A DNA stretch of 64,000 nt from an uncultured bacterium (lineage in GTDB: Bacteria; Babelota; Babeliae; Babelales; Babelaceae): NCBI GenBank assembly GCA_963819815.1, contig CAWFXL010000001.1, forward strand, positions 160,001 to 224,000, in the 5' to 3' direction. Numbering within the stretch: position 1 is the stretch's first letter; each line of letters opens with the position of its first letter. Both the position numbers and the translations under genes were made by a program. The notes under the pieces are model-generated. The model was not told the origin of the DNA, ran no database searches, and saw nothing but the letters and a program-made list of their open reading frames with translations. Positions 20,500 to 30,553 of the stretch are shown piece by piece.

Positions 20500-21693
20500 T
20501 TATCGAAGAGATTCATAGCCACCAGTAAGACCTTCTTTTGAGAGAACCACTTGCCAAAGCTGAATTCCACGAGCTCTAAAAAGCCCCGCACATGAAAGAA
20601 GGTAGTAGCTCCACATGCGGTAGAAGCGCTCACCATACTGTGCCTCAAAAGTTGGCCAGGATCTTGTGAAGTTTGCATACCAGGACATAAGGGTCTTATC
20701 GTAATCTGCACCAAAGTTATGGATATCTTCTATTATGAAACGTCCTTCTACTGCCCGAGTTATTTGTACGAGCGAAGGTAGAATGCTATTAGGAAAAATA
20801 TATCTGTTTATCCAGGGGTCAGGAGTATAGGCGGAGACATTAGAACCGATCGTATGTATAAGAGCAATGCCTTCATCTTTAAGACATGAGCAAACCATAC
20901 CCATATAGGTGTCATAATTTTTAGCGCCCACGTGCTCGAACATGCCTACACTGACCACACGATCAAAAGTTGCGGTGCAGTCGCGATAATCTTGAAGAAG
21001 GAAGGTGACCGGGAATGTACCTTTATGAGCTTGTGCATACTCATACTGCTCTTTTGAGATGGTAATACCAGTTACCTCAACGCCATATTTTTCGGCAGCA
21101 TATGAGGCAAGCCCGCCCCATCCACAGCCGATATCAAGAAGAGTCATCCCTTTCTTGAGCTGCAGCTTCCGACAAATAAGATCAAGCTTATGTTCCTGGG
21201 CCTCATCTAATGTGGTAGCATTTTTCCAGTAGGCACATGAATAGATCATACGAGCGTCAAGCATCGCTTTGAAAAACTCATTTGATAAGTCATAATGTTG
21301 TTTACCTACTTCAAGAGAACCTTTGCGAGTTTGGTAGTTAAAGAGTTTAAGCATGCAAGCTCGATAAAGCTCATACCAATTCTTTGTTATATAGGCATCA
21401 AGGTCTGCGCGAAATACTCGGTAGAAAAACTGATCAAGAGCTTGACAGTCCCACCAGCCATCCATATAAGATTCACCTAAGCCAAGCGATCCTTCTTGAA
21501 GAACTCTTTGATAGAGAGCAGGGTTATGTACGGTAATATCCCAAGGACGGGAGCCATCAATTTTGATATCGGCTTTATCAAGTAGTGAGATTATGAAAGT
21601 CTTTGCTTCTTCTTTCCCATAGGCTTGCTTACCAAAATATACGATTGCAAAGAGACCTAGGATGCATGAAAGTATGATAACCGGCCATTTCAT
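20500..21693 (-). CDS. cfa: Cyclopropane-fatty-acyl-phospholipid synthase
   Basis: 'GSLGLGESYMDGWW', 'HYDLSN', 'YSCAYW', 'LDIGCGWGG', 'SVGMFEHVG', 'YIFP'; start at AAAGGAGG RBS. Confidence 0.96.
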   Translation of the reverse strand: MKWPVIILSCILGLFAIVYFGKQAYGKEEAKTFIISLLDKADIKIDGSRPWDITVHNPALYQRVLQEGSLGLGESYMDGWWDCQALDQFFYRVFRADLDAYITKNWYELYRACMLKLFNYQTRKGSLEVGKQHYDLSNEFFKAMLDARMIYSCAYWKNATTLDEAQEHKLDLICRKLQLKKGMTLLDIGCGWGGLASYAAEKYGVEVTGITISKEQYEYAQAHKGTFPVTFLLQDYRDCTATFDRVVSVGMFEHVGAKNYDTYMGMVCSCLKDEGIALIHTIGSNVSAYTPDPWINRYIFPNSILPSLVQITRAVEGRFIIEDIHNFGADYDKTLMSWYANFTRSWPTFEAQYGERFYRMWSYYLLSCAGLFRARGIQLWQVVLSKEGLTGGYESLR

Positions 21694-21869
21694 AGGCGCC
21701 TCCTTTGAGGCATAAGTATTGTCATTATCAGCAAGCAGAGTCAATAGTTTTATTGAAGAGCACGGGATAAGGATGGCGGGAATGGAGTATGACAGTGCAA
21801 TAGCAATGTACTCATGTGAGATGAGGGTTATATGTATACGTGATTGACGAGTTTTATAGTGGAGGAATA

Positions 21870-22739
21870 TTAGAGAGCCTTATACCCTAAGTCCCTAAGT
21901 AACGCACCAAAATCTTCGAGTACCTGGCGCAGTTCTCTATAATTACCTCTCTGCAAATGGAACGTATTAAACCCGAGTGCTTCTGCAGCTTCAAGGTTTT
22001 CTTCTCGATCATCTATGAAGAGACATTCTGTTGGATTGAGTTTATGAAGATCTACAAGATACTGAAAAGCAGCTTTCCTTGGCTTAATAAATCCGGTTCT
22101 TCCTGAAATGAGTATGTCATCAAAGAAGGCAAATGTATCCCTATTAAGCTCATGCATAATTTCAAATGAAAAGGGGTCCCAATTTGAGAGAGCAATAAGT
22201 TTATTTCGTGGGGTCCCATCAGGATTGACCTCGCGGGCACACTGTTCTAATAATCGGATGCCTGCTCTAATTGGTCGCATATTATGCGCTAACGTGTGCG
22301 GGTTAAAGACTGCAGCAACCGCTTTTTTTATGAGCTCTTTTTCTCGGTGACTTGCAAAGAAGGTCCCTTGTTCAGCAAGCACTTCAATTTTAGTATGTGC
22401 TCGGTTGATGATCTCTTCACTTGAAAGTGTTCCTGCTTGCCAATGGGACATGATAGGGGGTAGGAGGACGCCCCGAGCATTACGCAGGTGAATACCTTCA
22501 GGTACGGGTTCGCACTCGAGCTGCGAAATGACTTCAAAAAAGCGCATTTCTAAATTCCAAGGGTTTTTCCAATCGAAGAGGATATGTTCAAGTAGGTGAG
22601 AAAGACCAATAGACTTCATGTAGCCAAAGGTGCTTTTTTCAAAAAGCACATCGCCAATATCCCAAACAAGCACTTTAGCAGATAGGGCAGAGCTGCTCAT
22701 GAGAAAGGTTAATGTAAATAGTAATGATCGGATGTTCAT
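21870..22739 (-). CDS. HAD-superfamily hydrolase with signal peptide
   Basis: 'VWDIGDVL', 'LSNW', 'KP', 'FIDDREEN' HAD motifs. Confidence 0.85.
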   Translation of the reverse strand: MNIRSLLFTLTFLMSSSALSAKVLVWDIGDVLFEKSTFGYMKSIGLSHLLEHILFDWKNPWNLEMRFFEVISQLECEPVPEGIHLRNARGVLLPPIMSHWQAGTLSSEEIINRAHTKIEVLAEQGTFFASHREKELIKKAVAAVFNPHTLAHNMRPIRAGIRLLEQCAREVNPDGTPRNKLIALSNWDPFSFEIMHELNRDTFAFFDDILISGRTGFIKPRKAAFQYLVDLHKLNPTECLFIDDREENLEAAEALGFNTFHLQRGNYRELRQVLEDFGALLRDLGYKAL

Positions 22740-23050
22740 CAGACTCCTTTAGAGGATATTACGATGTGGATCTCTCTTATCATGGTAAAGTATCCTTGGA
22801 AAAGTGCAAGAACCCTTCTTGTAACCAGCGTGTAGGCATAATGGGGCTTTATAGTAGTGAAGAATAAGCTTAATAGGCATTATTTCTGTGATGGCTTCAA
22901 ATTGAACTATGCACGGGCTGAATAACTACTACCGAAATCAGACAAGAACAATAGGTACATGAATAAATAGAAGAGGCCAACAGAAAGGCATGAGTTCGGA
23001 AATGCTCAAAGCTTAACTTTAATTTTCAATCTCATTAGTGGCTTCGAGTG

Positions 23051-23797
23051 CTATTCAAAAAATTCTTGAAGTCTCGCCTTTTGGACTGAATTAAACTTAT
23101 GCCCTTTCGTCTCAAGGGCAGTCTTAAGCCATTCCTTAGGCAATTGGTTCAATAAGAGATTCAACCAGTTAGGCATTTCAGCGGGTGCTAAATGGGCAAT
23201 CATGTTAACATAGAGATACAATGTAGCGGTACGCATTCGAGCGAAATCTTCCCTATATTGTTGAGCAGCTGTGTTAGAATGAATTATCACCACATTTTCA
23301 TAGTTAACGTTACCACTATTCCTGAGCCCTGGCTTTGTGAAATTAGATGAACCGGTAAAGACGTCTGCATTATCGATCACCACAAATTTATCGTGCATAC
23401 TCGCGCCTGTATATTTTGACGGGTAGACAAGAGGAAGCATACCGTGTTCTAAAAATTTTGTTATAAGGCTTTCAATATCCTTTGACGATTCATCAATTAT
23501 GACCTTTACATCTATTTCCCTATCTTTTAACTTGATGAGCTTGCCGATTACTGTTGGATCGGTCATCCAATAGATCGCAACTAAAACTGAATTTTTGGCA
23601 GTATCAAGAAATTCCAACAACTTTTCTAACACATTGTCTCTCGGAACAAAATAGATTGAATGATATTCACCTGAAGAAGTTGTACTACTAGGCGTAGTGG
23701 GAGTCTCGGTAAAAAGGCGCCTTTTTGCATGCGGTACTTCAGAGCAATGAGTATCAAAAAGCACTGCCAGAAATAAAAAAAATATAAGCTTTTTCAT
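23051..23797 (-). CDS. Secreted PLD-superfamily (Nuc/Zucchini-like) single-HKD protein
   Basis: 'MHDKFVVID...TGSSNFT...NYEN'; signal peptide. Confidence 0.9.
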   Translation of the reverse strand: MKKLIFFLFLAVLFDTHCSEVPHAKRRLFTETPTTPSSTTSSGEYHSIYFVPRDNVLEKLLEFLDTAKNSVLVAIYWMTDPTVIGKLIKLKDREIDVKVIIDESSKDIESLITKFLEHGMLPLVYPSKYTGASMHDKFVVIDNADVFTGSSNFTKPGLRNSGNVNYENVVIIHSNTAAQQYREDFARMRTATLYLYVNMIAHLAPAEMPNWLNLLLNQLPKEWLKTALETKGHKFNSVQKARLQEFFE

Positions 23798-23832
23798 GAG
23801 TTCACCTCTTTAAAATCACACCAATTTGGTAG

Positions 23833-25329
23833 TTAACACCGTCCACTTAGTTGGAGTGAACGCTTTTTGAGCCTTTCAAAAGACTTTGTATAGGCTTCAA
23901 AGAGGTCTTCATTTTCAATGATTACGACATTTTCCTGATTTTTTTCATTAGCCCTCATCGTAAGATTATACGATCCGGTCCAAACAAGCGCTTTACCCTC
24001 TATTGTCTGAGAGAAAAGCATAAATTTATTGTGCATAAGCCCTGCTTCAGATTTATTTGATGCGGTTTGGAACACCCAGAGTGGAATCTTAGCATTAGCG
24101 AGCATACACACCTCCTGTCCATATGAGCGGTCTACAACTCCTTCAACCAATACTCCTCTACGAGCAGCCCGTATAAGTGCTTCTGTTATAGCTTTATCGG
24201 TGAGTTTAAATATGGCAATAGAAATACGCTTTTTTTCAGCATCGATAAGCCTTATAAGTCTCGTGCTAAGATGGTCATCAGGGGAAAAAAATGGTTGCAC
24301 AACACAGCGCTGATGTGTCGAGAGGAGGGGATCTTCTTCTATAACGCTAGCGGGTGCTATGGAAATTTTGATACGTGGGGATGGGGTACTCGAAGCGTTA
24401 CTATTTGTAGCACTGCTACTGCTAGATGTACTCGATCTATCAGTGGTCTCGGTATTATCAGTATCTTTTTCTATAGATGGAACTTGAGTACTTAATAATG
24501 CAATAACCCTTGCCCGCGAACCTGCGGTGCTTTTCTTTGCTTCATCGAGCGCTGAGCTGCCTTTACTATCTGCGATAGAAGGATCTGCACCATGGGCAAG
24601 CAAGTATTCAACAACATCAGCATGACCATTCAAAGAAGCCAAATGTAATGCTGTCTGTTTATTAGCATATTTTTGGAAATTAGGGTCAACGCCGAGCTTT
24701 AGAAGTTCTTTGACTTCGTTAAGTTCTCCACTATCTGCTGCAATTAAGAGATCATACGCCAGACTCAAAAGGTCTCGCTCTTTTGGATTGCTTTTCTCAG
24801 CGGGCTGTATGTCAGATGAAATGCTAGCAACTGACTGATTACTCGAACTTTGGGTAGCATTTTTACTCGATGTGCTTGATTTCACCGCCGTTGCAACTTG
24901 ACTCGCATTTGTTTTAGCTCGAACTGAGGCTTTCAATAAAGCAATAACCTTTTCCCGCGAATCCGCAGTGCTTTTCCTTGCTGCATCTAGTGCTGTTTTG
25001 CCATCACTATCTCGAATATTGGGATTTGCGCCATGTGCAAGCAAGTATGCAACAACATCAACATGCCCATTAGAGGCCGCCAAATATAATGCTGTTTTCT
25101 TGCTACGGTTTTGATAATTGGGATCCACAATCCTTATGAGTTTCGTAACCTTTTTCAGATCTCCGCTATTCGAGGCATTAATAAATTGTGCCCCCTCCGA
25201 TGCCGTCTTTTTTGGGTTCCTTTTCATCGCAGATTTGCCGCTCAATTCTTTAACTGTTTTAGCAGGCAAGGTAGCCTTTTCCATCGAAATGACAATACCA
25301 AGTATTGAAAGTAGATATATGTGCTTCAT
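23833..25329 (-). CDS. Secreted ankyrin-repeat/PLD-domain fusion protein
   Basis: Two ankyrin modules, Ser/Thr linkers, C-terminal 'FFSP...MHNKFMLFS...WTGSYNLT...NQEN'. Confidence 0.88.
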   Translation of the reverse strand: MKHIYLLSILGIVISMEKATLPAKTVKELSGKSAMKRNPKKTASEGAQFINASNSGDLKKVTKLIRIVDPNYQNRSKKTALYLAASNGHVDVVAYLLAHGANPNIRDSDGKTALDAARKSTADSREKVIALLKASVRAKTNASQVATAVKSSTSSKNATQSSSNQSVASISSDIQPAEKSNPKERDLLSLAYDLLIAADSGELNEVKELLKLGVDPNFQKYANKQTALHLASLNGHADVVEYLLAHGADPSIADSKGSSALDEAKKSTAGSRARVIALLSTQVPSIEKDTDNTETTDRSSTSSSSSATNSNASSTPSPRIKISIAPASVIEEDPLLSTHQRCVVQPFFSPDDHLSTRLIRLIDAEKKRISIAIFKLTDKAITEALIRAARRGVLVEGVVDRSYGQEVCMLANAKIPLWVFQTASNKSEAGLMHNKFMLFSQTIEGKALVWTGSYNLTMRANEKNQENVVIIENEDLFEAYTKSFERLKKRSLQLSGRC

Positions 25330-25762
25330 GGGATACCTCTTTTTAAACGTTGCGGCCAATTAAATCAGCTCAAATTGTATCGATTGTGCTGTTTCGGTAA
25401 TTATTTAAGCATTATATTTTTTAAATATTTAATTCCATATGTATTATTGTATCAAATTTGATCTACCAGAGTAAAGAATTTGTGGGATGTCGACCACTTT
25501 TCATTATATTTCAGGTTAGAATATGCAGAGTAATAAAAGAGATTTAAGAGGTCTTTGGCCGTGAGGGCCGTCTGGTGGTTGTTTTGAAGTGGGGACATCT
25601 ATATTGCGGCAACGAGTTTACCACTTAAAGCTCTGGGGTCCGTTGAAGACCATGGTAGGGTGCTGATAAGAGCAGATGGGTCGTCTTTTAGGTACATTCA
25701 ATCATATTCGTGATTTTGAAGGTCTATGCAAAAGGAGACTTCTGTAGGGGCTTTTAAAGGTT

Positions 25763-26329
25763 TTAATGAAGGACAATCCAGAAGGATATAAAGAAAGAGA
25801 TGCCTGCAGCAACGACCCAATAAAAGTATTTGTCTAAGTAGTACTGCACCTTTTCGCCCCAGATATAGATAGCCCCTGAAATGGCAAAGAAGCGCAATCC
25901 TCGGGCACCCATAGAAAGAAGAATAAAGGGCGTTAGGGGAAGCCTCAGAAACCCTGCACTAATCGTAAGTATCTTATACGGCATGGGAGTAAGTGCTACA
26001 ATAAAGGTTGTCCAGGCTTGGTAGGCGGTAAATTGTTCGACCAGATGATCAAATTTCTTTGCATTTATGACATGTTCAAGAACGCTCCTACCACCAGCTT
26101 TCCAGAGCAGAACTCCGATGTAGTATCCTACTAGTGCTCCAAGACCAGATACGAGTGTTGCAATGGTGGCGTACATAAATGCTTTGGGTCTATTTTCAAG
26201 GCTGAAAAAGGCGAGCATGGTGCTGACGGGGACGATAAAAAAACCCTCGATGAATACCAAAAGACCGAAGATGAGAGTACCATACCAGGCGTGTACATGC
26301 TTACCCAGCCACTGATACAGTGCTTTCAT
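25763..26329 (-). CDS. DedA/YqaA (VTT domain) membrane protein
   Basis: 'FIEGFFIVP', 'SGLGALVGYYIG', 'LTPMPYK', 'ARGLRF'. Confidence 0.88.
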   Translation of the reverse strand: MKALYQWLGKHVHAWYGTLIFGLLVFIEGFFIVPVSTMLAFFSLENRPKAFMYATIATLVSGLGALVGYYIGVLLWKAGGRSVLEHVINAKKFDHLVEQFTAYQAWTTFIVALTPMPYKILTISAGFLRLPLTPFILLSMGARGLRFFAISGAIYIWGEKVQYYLDKYFYWVVAAGISFFISFWIVLH

Positions 26330-26330
26330 C

Positions 26331-27641
26331 TTAGCCTAACGTTTTCTTGATGTATGCTTCAATCTGGTCGATGCTAATTCGTTCTTGAGCCATCGTGTCA
26401 CGGTTGCGCACGGTAACTGATGAATCTTGCTCTGACTCAAAATCATAGGTAAAACATAATGGTGTGCCTATCTCATCTTGGCGGCGATAGCGCTTTCCGA
26501 TCGATCCTGAGTCATCATACTGCACCATATATCCTTTTTTCTTTAGCTCTCCATAGATGTTCTCAAGAGGGGCTGCAATTTTCTTTGAAAGGGGCATAAA
26601 AGCTGCTATATAGGGAGCTAGACGAGGGTGAAGCCTCAATGAGATTCGTGTTTCGCCTTCAACCGTATCTTCGCGATAGCTATCAAAGAGTATCGTTAAG
26701 AAAAGCCTATCAGTACCGACTGAGGTTTCAACAACGTGAGGAACAAAGGCGCTCTTTGTATCATCGTCATAGACTGAGAGGTCTTTACCTGAGAATTCCA
26801 TATGTCTTGAAAGATCGAAGTTGCCTCGATTGGCTATTCCTTCAAGCTCTTTCCATCCAAAGGGGAACTGATACTCAACATCTGAGGTTTCGGAAGAGTA
26901 ATGTGAGAGCTCATCCTTTTCATGAGCTCGTAAACGAATCCGTTCTGGAGCTATACCGATATCTGCATAAAAGGCCTTGCGAATCGCGCACCAGATACGG
27001 AAGAACTCCTCCGCCGTTTCTGGGCGACAGAACCATTCCATCTCCATCTGCTCAAACTCGCGCATTCTAAATAGAAACTGCTTGGGGGTGATTTCGTTTC
27101 TAAAGGCTTTTCCAATCTGGGCAATGCCAAAGGGGATCTTAACCCGGTTGCTGTTCATGACGTTTTTAAAGTTAACAAAAATCGATTGTGCTGTTTCTGG
27201 GCGTAAGTAGGCAACTGAGGTGGCATCCGCTGCTGCTCCAACTTGGGTTTTAAACATGAGGTTAAATTGACGGACCTCTGTCCACGCGGTGTTACCACAA
27301 TGAGGGCAGGGTTTTGAAAGATCTATATCATCAGCTCTGTAGCGATGTTTACAGAAGGTGCAATCTACCATAGGATCCTGAAACCCTTCAAGGTGTCCTG
27401 ATGCTTCCCAAATCGCTTCGGGAGTGATCACCGATCCTTCCATAAAAAGAATATCATAGCCTGTTGCTTCGAGTGATTTCATCCAGGCATTTCTAAGATT
27501 GCGCTTTAAAAGAGTGCCTAATGGACCTGTGTCATAGACACCATTGAGTCCACCGTAGATATCGGCTGTTTGATACACAAAGCCGCGACGTTTACAGAGT
27601 GCTACTAATTTCTCAAGGGTAACAGACGTTTGTTCAGCCAT
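26331..27641 (-). CDS. glyQS: Glycine--tRNA ligase, homodimeric type
   Basis: 'LCKRRGF', 'LRPETAQ', 'GKAFRNEITP', 'REFEQME', 'SIGKRYRRQDEIGTP'. Confidence 0.98.
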   Translation of the reverse strand: MAEQTSVTLEKLVALCKRRGFVYQTADIYGGLNGVYDTGPLGTLLKRNLRNAWMKSLEATGYDILFMEGSVITPEAIWEASGHLEGFQDPMVDCTFCKHRYRADDIDLSKPCPHCGNTAWTEVRQFNLMFKTQVGAAADATSVAYLRPETAQSIFVNFKNVMNSNRVKIPFGIAQIGKAFRNEITPKQFLFRMREFEQMEMEWFCRPETAEEFFRIWCAIRKAFYADIGIAPERIRLRAHEKDELSHYSSETSDVEYQFPFGWKELEGIANRGNFDLSRHMEFSGKDLSVYDDDTKSAFVPHVVETSVGTDRLFLTILFDSYREDTVEGETRISLRLHPRLAPYIAAFMPLSKKIAAPLENIYGELKKKGYMVQYDDSGSIGKRYRRQDEIGTPLCFTYDFESEQDSSVTVRNRDTMAQERISIDQIEAYIKKTLG

Positions 27642-27794
27642 AGAGGGTCCTTAACGCAAGATGATGCAGCGGTAGTATATCGATCTATGAGCTAGTATAC
27701 TCTGTTTTCTAGTGGTGGTAAACGAAACTGAAAGATGTGTTAGCCACAAAAATACTTTCCGGAAGCTTGCTACAGTGTGAATCCCTTTTGAAGC

Positions 27795-28298
27795 TCAAGA
27801 TAGGCCACAACGTACCAGACAGTTCCATACTAGTACGGTCAAGAGAACAATTGGACCAGGCAATTGCTCTTGTCGCTCGACAATGCTCAGCAGCCTTCTA
27901 GCAGCGTTAATGATTGCGCTGTTTTGTCGTGCTTCTTGAAACGGCCGACTTCGTGTGACTTCTTCGCAATAGGTAACAATGGACTCTCGAATTTCCTCTA
28001 AAATCGGATATTCGTAAACCTCATCAGGAGCTGCTCGGCGAACCGTACTTGGGTTTCTTATTATTTGTTTGAGAAGGGCTCTACAGCGGGCTCTAACCGA
28101 TTCTCTCATAAGTTGGAGGGCAGTGTCAGGTCTAAAAAATTCCCTCGCCAAGTTATCGAGCCTCCTCTCATCAACATGGTTACGAGCATAGTCATCAACG
28201 TCATATTCATCAATGCTCATGGGTACAGAGACCTGCATCGCAAATGCAGAGAAGACACTTAGTTTTATTGCCATTAGTATATATAATTTAGCATTCAT
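27795..28298 (-). CDS. Secreted hypothetical protein
   Basis: Signal peptide ending SAFA-M; AAGGA RBS. Confidence 0.6.
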   Translation of the reverse strand: MNAKLYILMAIKLSVFSAFAMQVSVPMSIDEYDVDDYARNHVDERRLDNLAREFFRPDTALQLMRESVRARCRALLKQIIRNPSTVRRAAPDEVYEYPILEEIRESIVTYCEEVTRSRPFQEARQNSAIINAARRLLSIVERQEQLPGPIVLLTVLVWNCLVRCGLS

Positions 28299-28861
28299 AC
28301 CTATCCTTTAATGGTATTTACTCGTAATATAAACACTTATCAAGGAGAATCCTTTATGATTGGAGATGATGGCTGATCTCACTTTCTTAGTATAACACAC
28401 TAGCTACTTGTGCAAAGGAGTCTTGCTAATCGATTCTACAAGAGAGTTCGGCTAATGAAGTCTTGGTGGCCTAGCAAAAGCCCGATGCTGAAAGTACTGA
28501 TCACGCCAAACTGGATAAGTGGGCGAGGTAATTGGGCGCTAAAGCAGCCGCGTCACGAGTTGCTCAGCTTTGTAATGCATCCATTGCATCTTGAATAGCA
28601 GGCTCTACTTTTCTGCAACGTAGTCTAGCTCTCGAAGCAACTTTCCAATTAATTTGATGTCTCTTCAGTTTCAAAGGCATCTCTTCATTGTGCTCGGATT
28701 CTACAACCTAGAGAGCCTTTCGAATCATTCCTCTTTGTAGTGTCAAGGTCCTGGCTCTGGTAATTTTTAGCAAGATAGGTACTCTAAGAATGAGCAGACT
28801 TCTTGAATTCATTAGTTATTACATCTTAGCTCAAATATCATTCGAGTAAGAAAGGCTTTTC

Positions 28862-30526
28862 ATGCAAAATAAATCTCTCCAAGTATACGGCGCGATATTT
28901 TTCACCGTTTTTATGGTGTTGGCAGGTGCATTATTGCTTATGCATCGGCAAGTGGGTCATATGAAAGGTAGGCTTGAACAGCTAACCTCAACACAGGTTG
29001 ATCAGCCTAAATTGCCCGAATCAAATCTAGCCCACGTGGATGTATCCGCTCCTAAGCGACAGCGTTGGAGTGAGTTGCAATCACAATCTCAAAATGCAGT
29101 ACTTCAGGTCTTTTCTCAGATTAATGAATTCAATTGGGTAGAACCGTATAAGAGTCCGGCACAAAAAGAATCTCGAGGATCTGCATTCTTTATTAATGCA
29201 GAAGGCGATATCATCACCAATGCACATGTCGTTAGTCAAGCCATTTACGTGACTGTTCAGATTCCTTCGGTGGGTAAACGCCGCTTTGAGATTGAGATTA
29301 TAGGAGTAAGTCCTGAACGAGATTTAGCGTTACTAAGACTTACAGATAAAGCGCGTGATGCGCTTAAAAAAGAGCTCGGGGTGACTAAACTTCCTTACTT
29401 AACGCTGGGCGACTCAGATGCGGTGCATCGTGGTGACAAGATTATGGCTCTTGGATTTCCGTTAGGACAAGAGGGACTTAAGAGTACTACCGGTGTGGTT
29501 AGTGGTCGTGAACATCTACCAGCTTCGGGATATTTTATACAGATTAGTGCTCCTATTAACCCGGGTAACTCGGGTGGTCCATCTTTAGACCATGGAGGTC
29601 GAGTTATCGGTGTTAACTCTGCCGGTATTCCTGGAGCTCAAAATGTTGGCTATATTATTCCGTCAAATGAGGTACTTCTCTTTTTAGATCAGCTAGAGAA
29701 TGTGGTGCCAGAAGATGGGAACCCGAAACTATTACGTAAGCCGTTCATGGGGGTATTTTTCAATTCAGCGGATGATAACCTGCGTGAGTTCCTCGGTAAT
29801 CCATCTCCAGGAGGCCTCTATGTAATTGATGTGTACAAAGGAAGTCCTTTTGACCTTGCAGGCATTAAAGCAGGAGATATGATCTATACGATGGATTCGT
29901 ACCCTGTGGACATGCATGGAGAGATGTCGGTTCCTTGGAACAAAGAGGATAGAATTTCGCTTCTTGATTATGTATCGCGCCTTAAGCTCGGTCATAAGGT
30001 TGTCATGGAAATTTATCGAAAAGGCAAGCTTTTGAAGGTGACTATTCCCTTAGAGAATAATGAACCTCCTATTAGGAAGATGTACCCAGGATTTGAGAAG
30101 ATAGATTATGAAATGATCGGAGGCTTTGTGTTCATGCCGATTACCGTTAATCATATCATGCTTCTTGCGCAGTATGCTCCCAAGCTCATAGAATATGCAG
30201 ATCCGGCAAAGCCGATAGAACCGTCCTTGCTTATTACGCATGTGCTGCTTAATTCGCCAGCTTCTAGGCTGCGTACTATTGGAGTAGGGGGAATTATCGC
30301 TGAAGTAAATGGACAGAGGGTAAAAACTCTTGGAGACCTTCGTGCTGCAATAGTATCAAATCCACAGAGTAAATATCTTACCTTTAAGACCACCGATAAT
30401 CAGTTTGCAGTGATTCCTGTAGATGATGTACTTGCTTCAGAAGAGCGTTTATCAGCTATGTATTACTACCCAGTATCGGATACTTTTAAAGAATTTAAGA
30501 AACGTATAATGGAATCAAGAAAATAA
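28862..30526 (+). CDS. HtrA/Deg-family trypsin-like serine protease with PDZ domains
   Basis: 'TNAHVV', 'DLALL', 'INPGNSGGP'; N-terminal TM. Confidence 0.93.
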   Translation: MQNKSLQVYGAIFFTVFMVLAGALLLMHRQVGHMKGRLEQLTSTQVDQPKLPESNLAHVDVSAPKRQRWSELQSQSQNAVLQVFSQINEFNWVEPYKSPAQKESRGSAFFINAEGDIITNAHVVSQAIYVTVQIPSVGKRRFEIEIIGVSPERDLALLRLTDKARDALKKELGVTKLPYLTLGDSDAVHRGDKIMALGFPLGQEGLKSTTGVVSGREHLPASGYFIQISAPINPGNSGGPSLDHGGRVIGVNSAGIPGAQNVGYIIPSNEVLLFLDQLENVVPEDGNPKLLRKPFMGVFFNSADDNLREFLGNPSPGGLYVIDVYKGSPFDLAGIKAGDMIYTMDSYPVDMHGEMSVPWNKEDRISLLDYVSRLKLGHKVVMEIYRKGKLLKVTIPLENNEPPIRKMYPGFEKIDYEMIGGFVFMPITVNHIMLLAQYAPKLIEYADPAKPIEPSLLITHVLLNSPASRLRTIGVGGIIAEVNGQRVKTLGDLRAAIVSNPQSKYLTFKTTDNQFAVIPVDDVLASEERLSAMYYYPVSDTFKEFKKRIMESRK

Positions 30527-30553
30527 ACAGATAGTGCACTTGAAAGGTTAGCC

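Noticed and set aside
28410..28730. 62-aa ORF or ncRNA in a long intergenic region
   Set aside because: No RBS or recognisable fold; minus strand looks like a decayed gene remnant that I cannot identify
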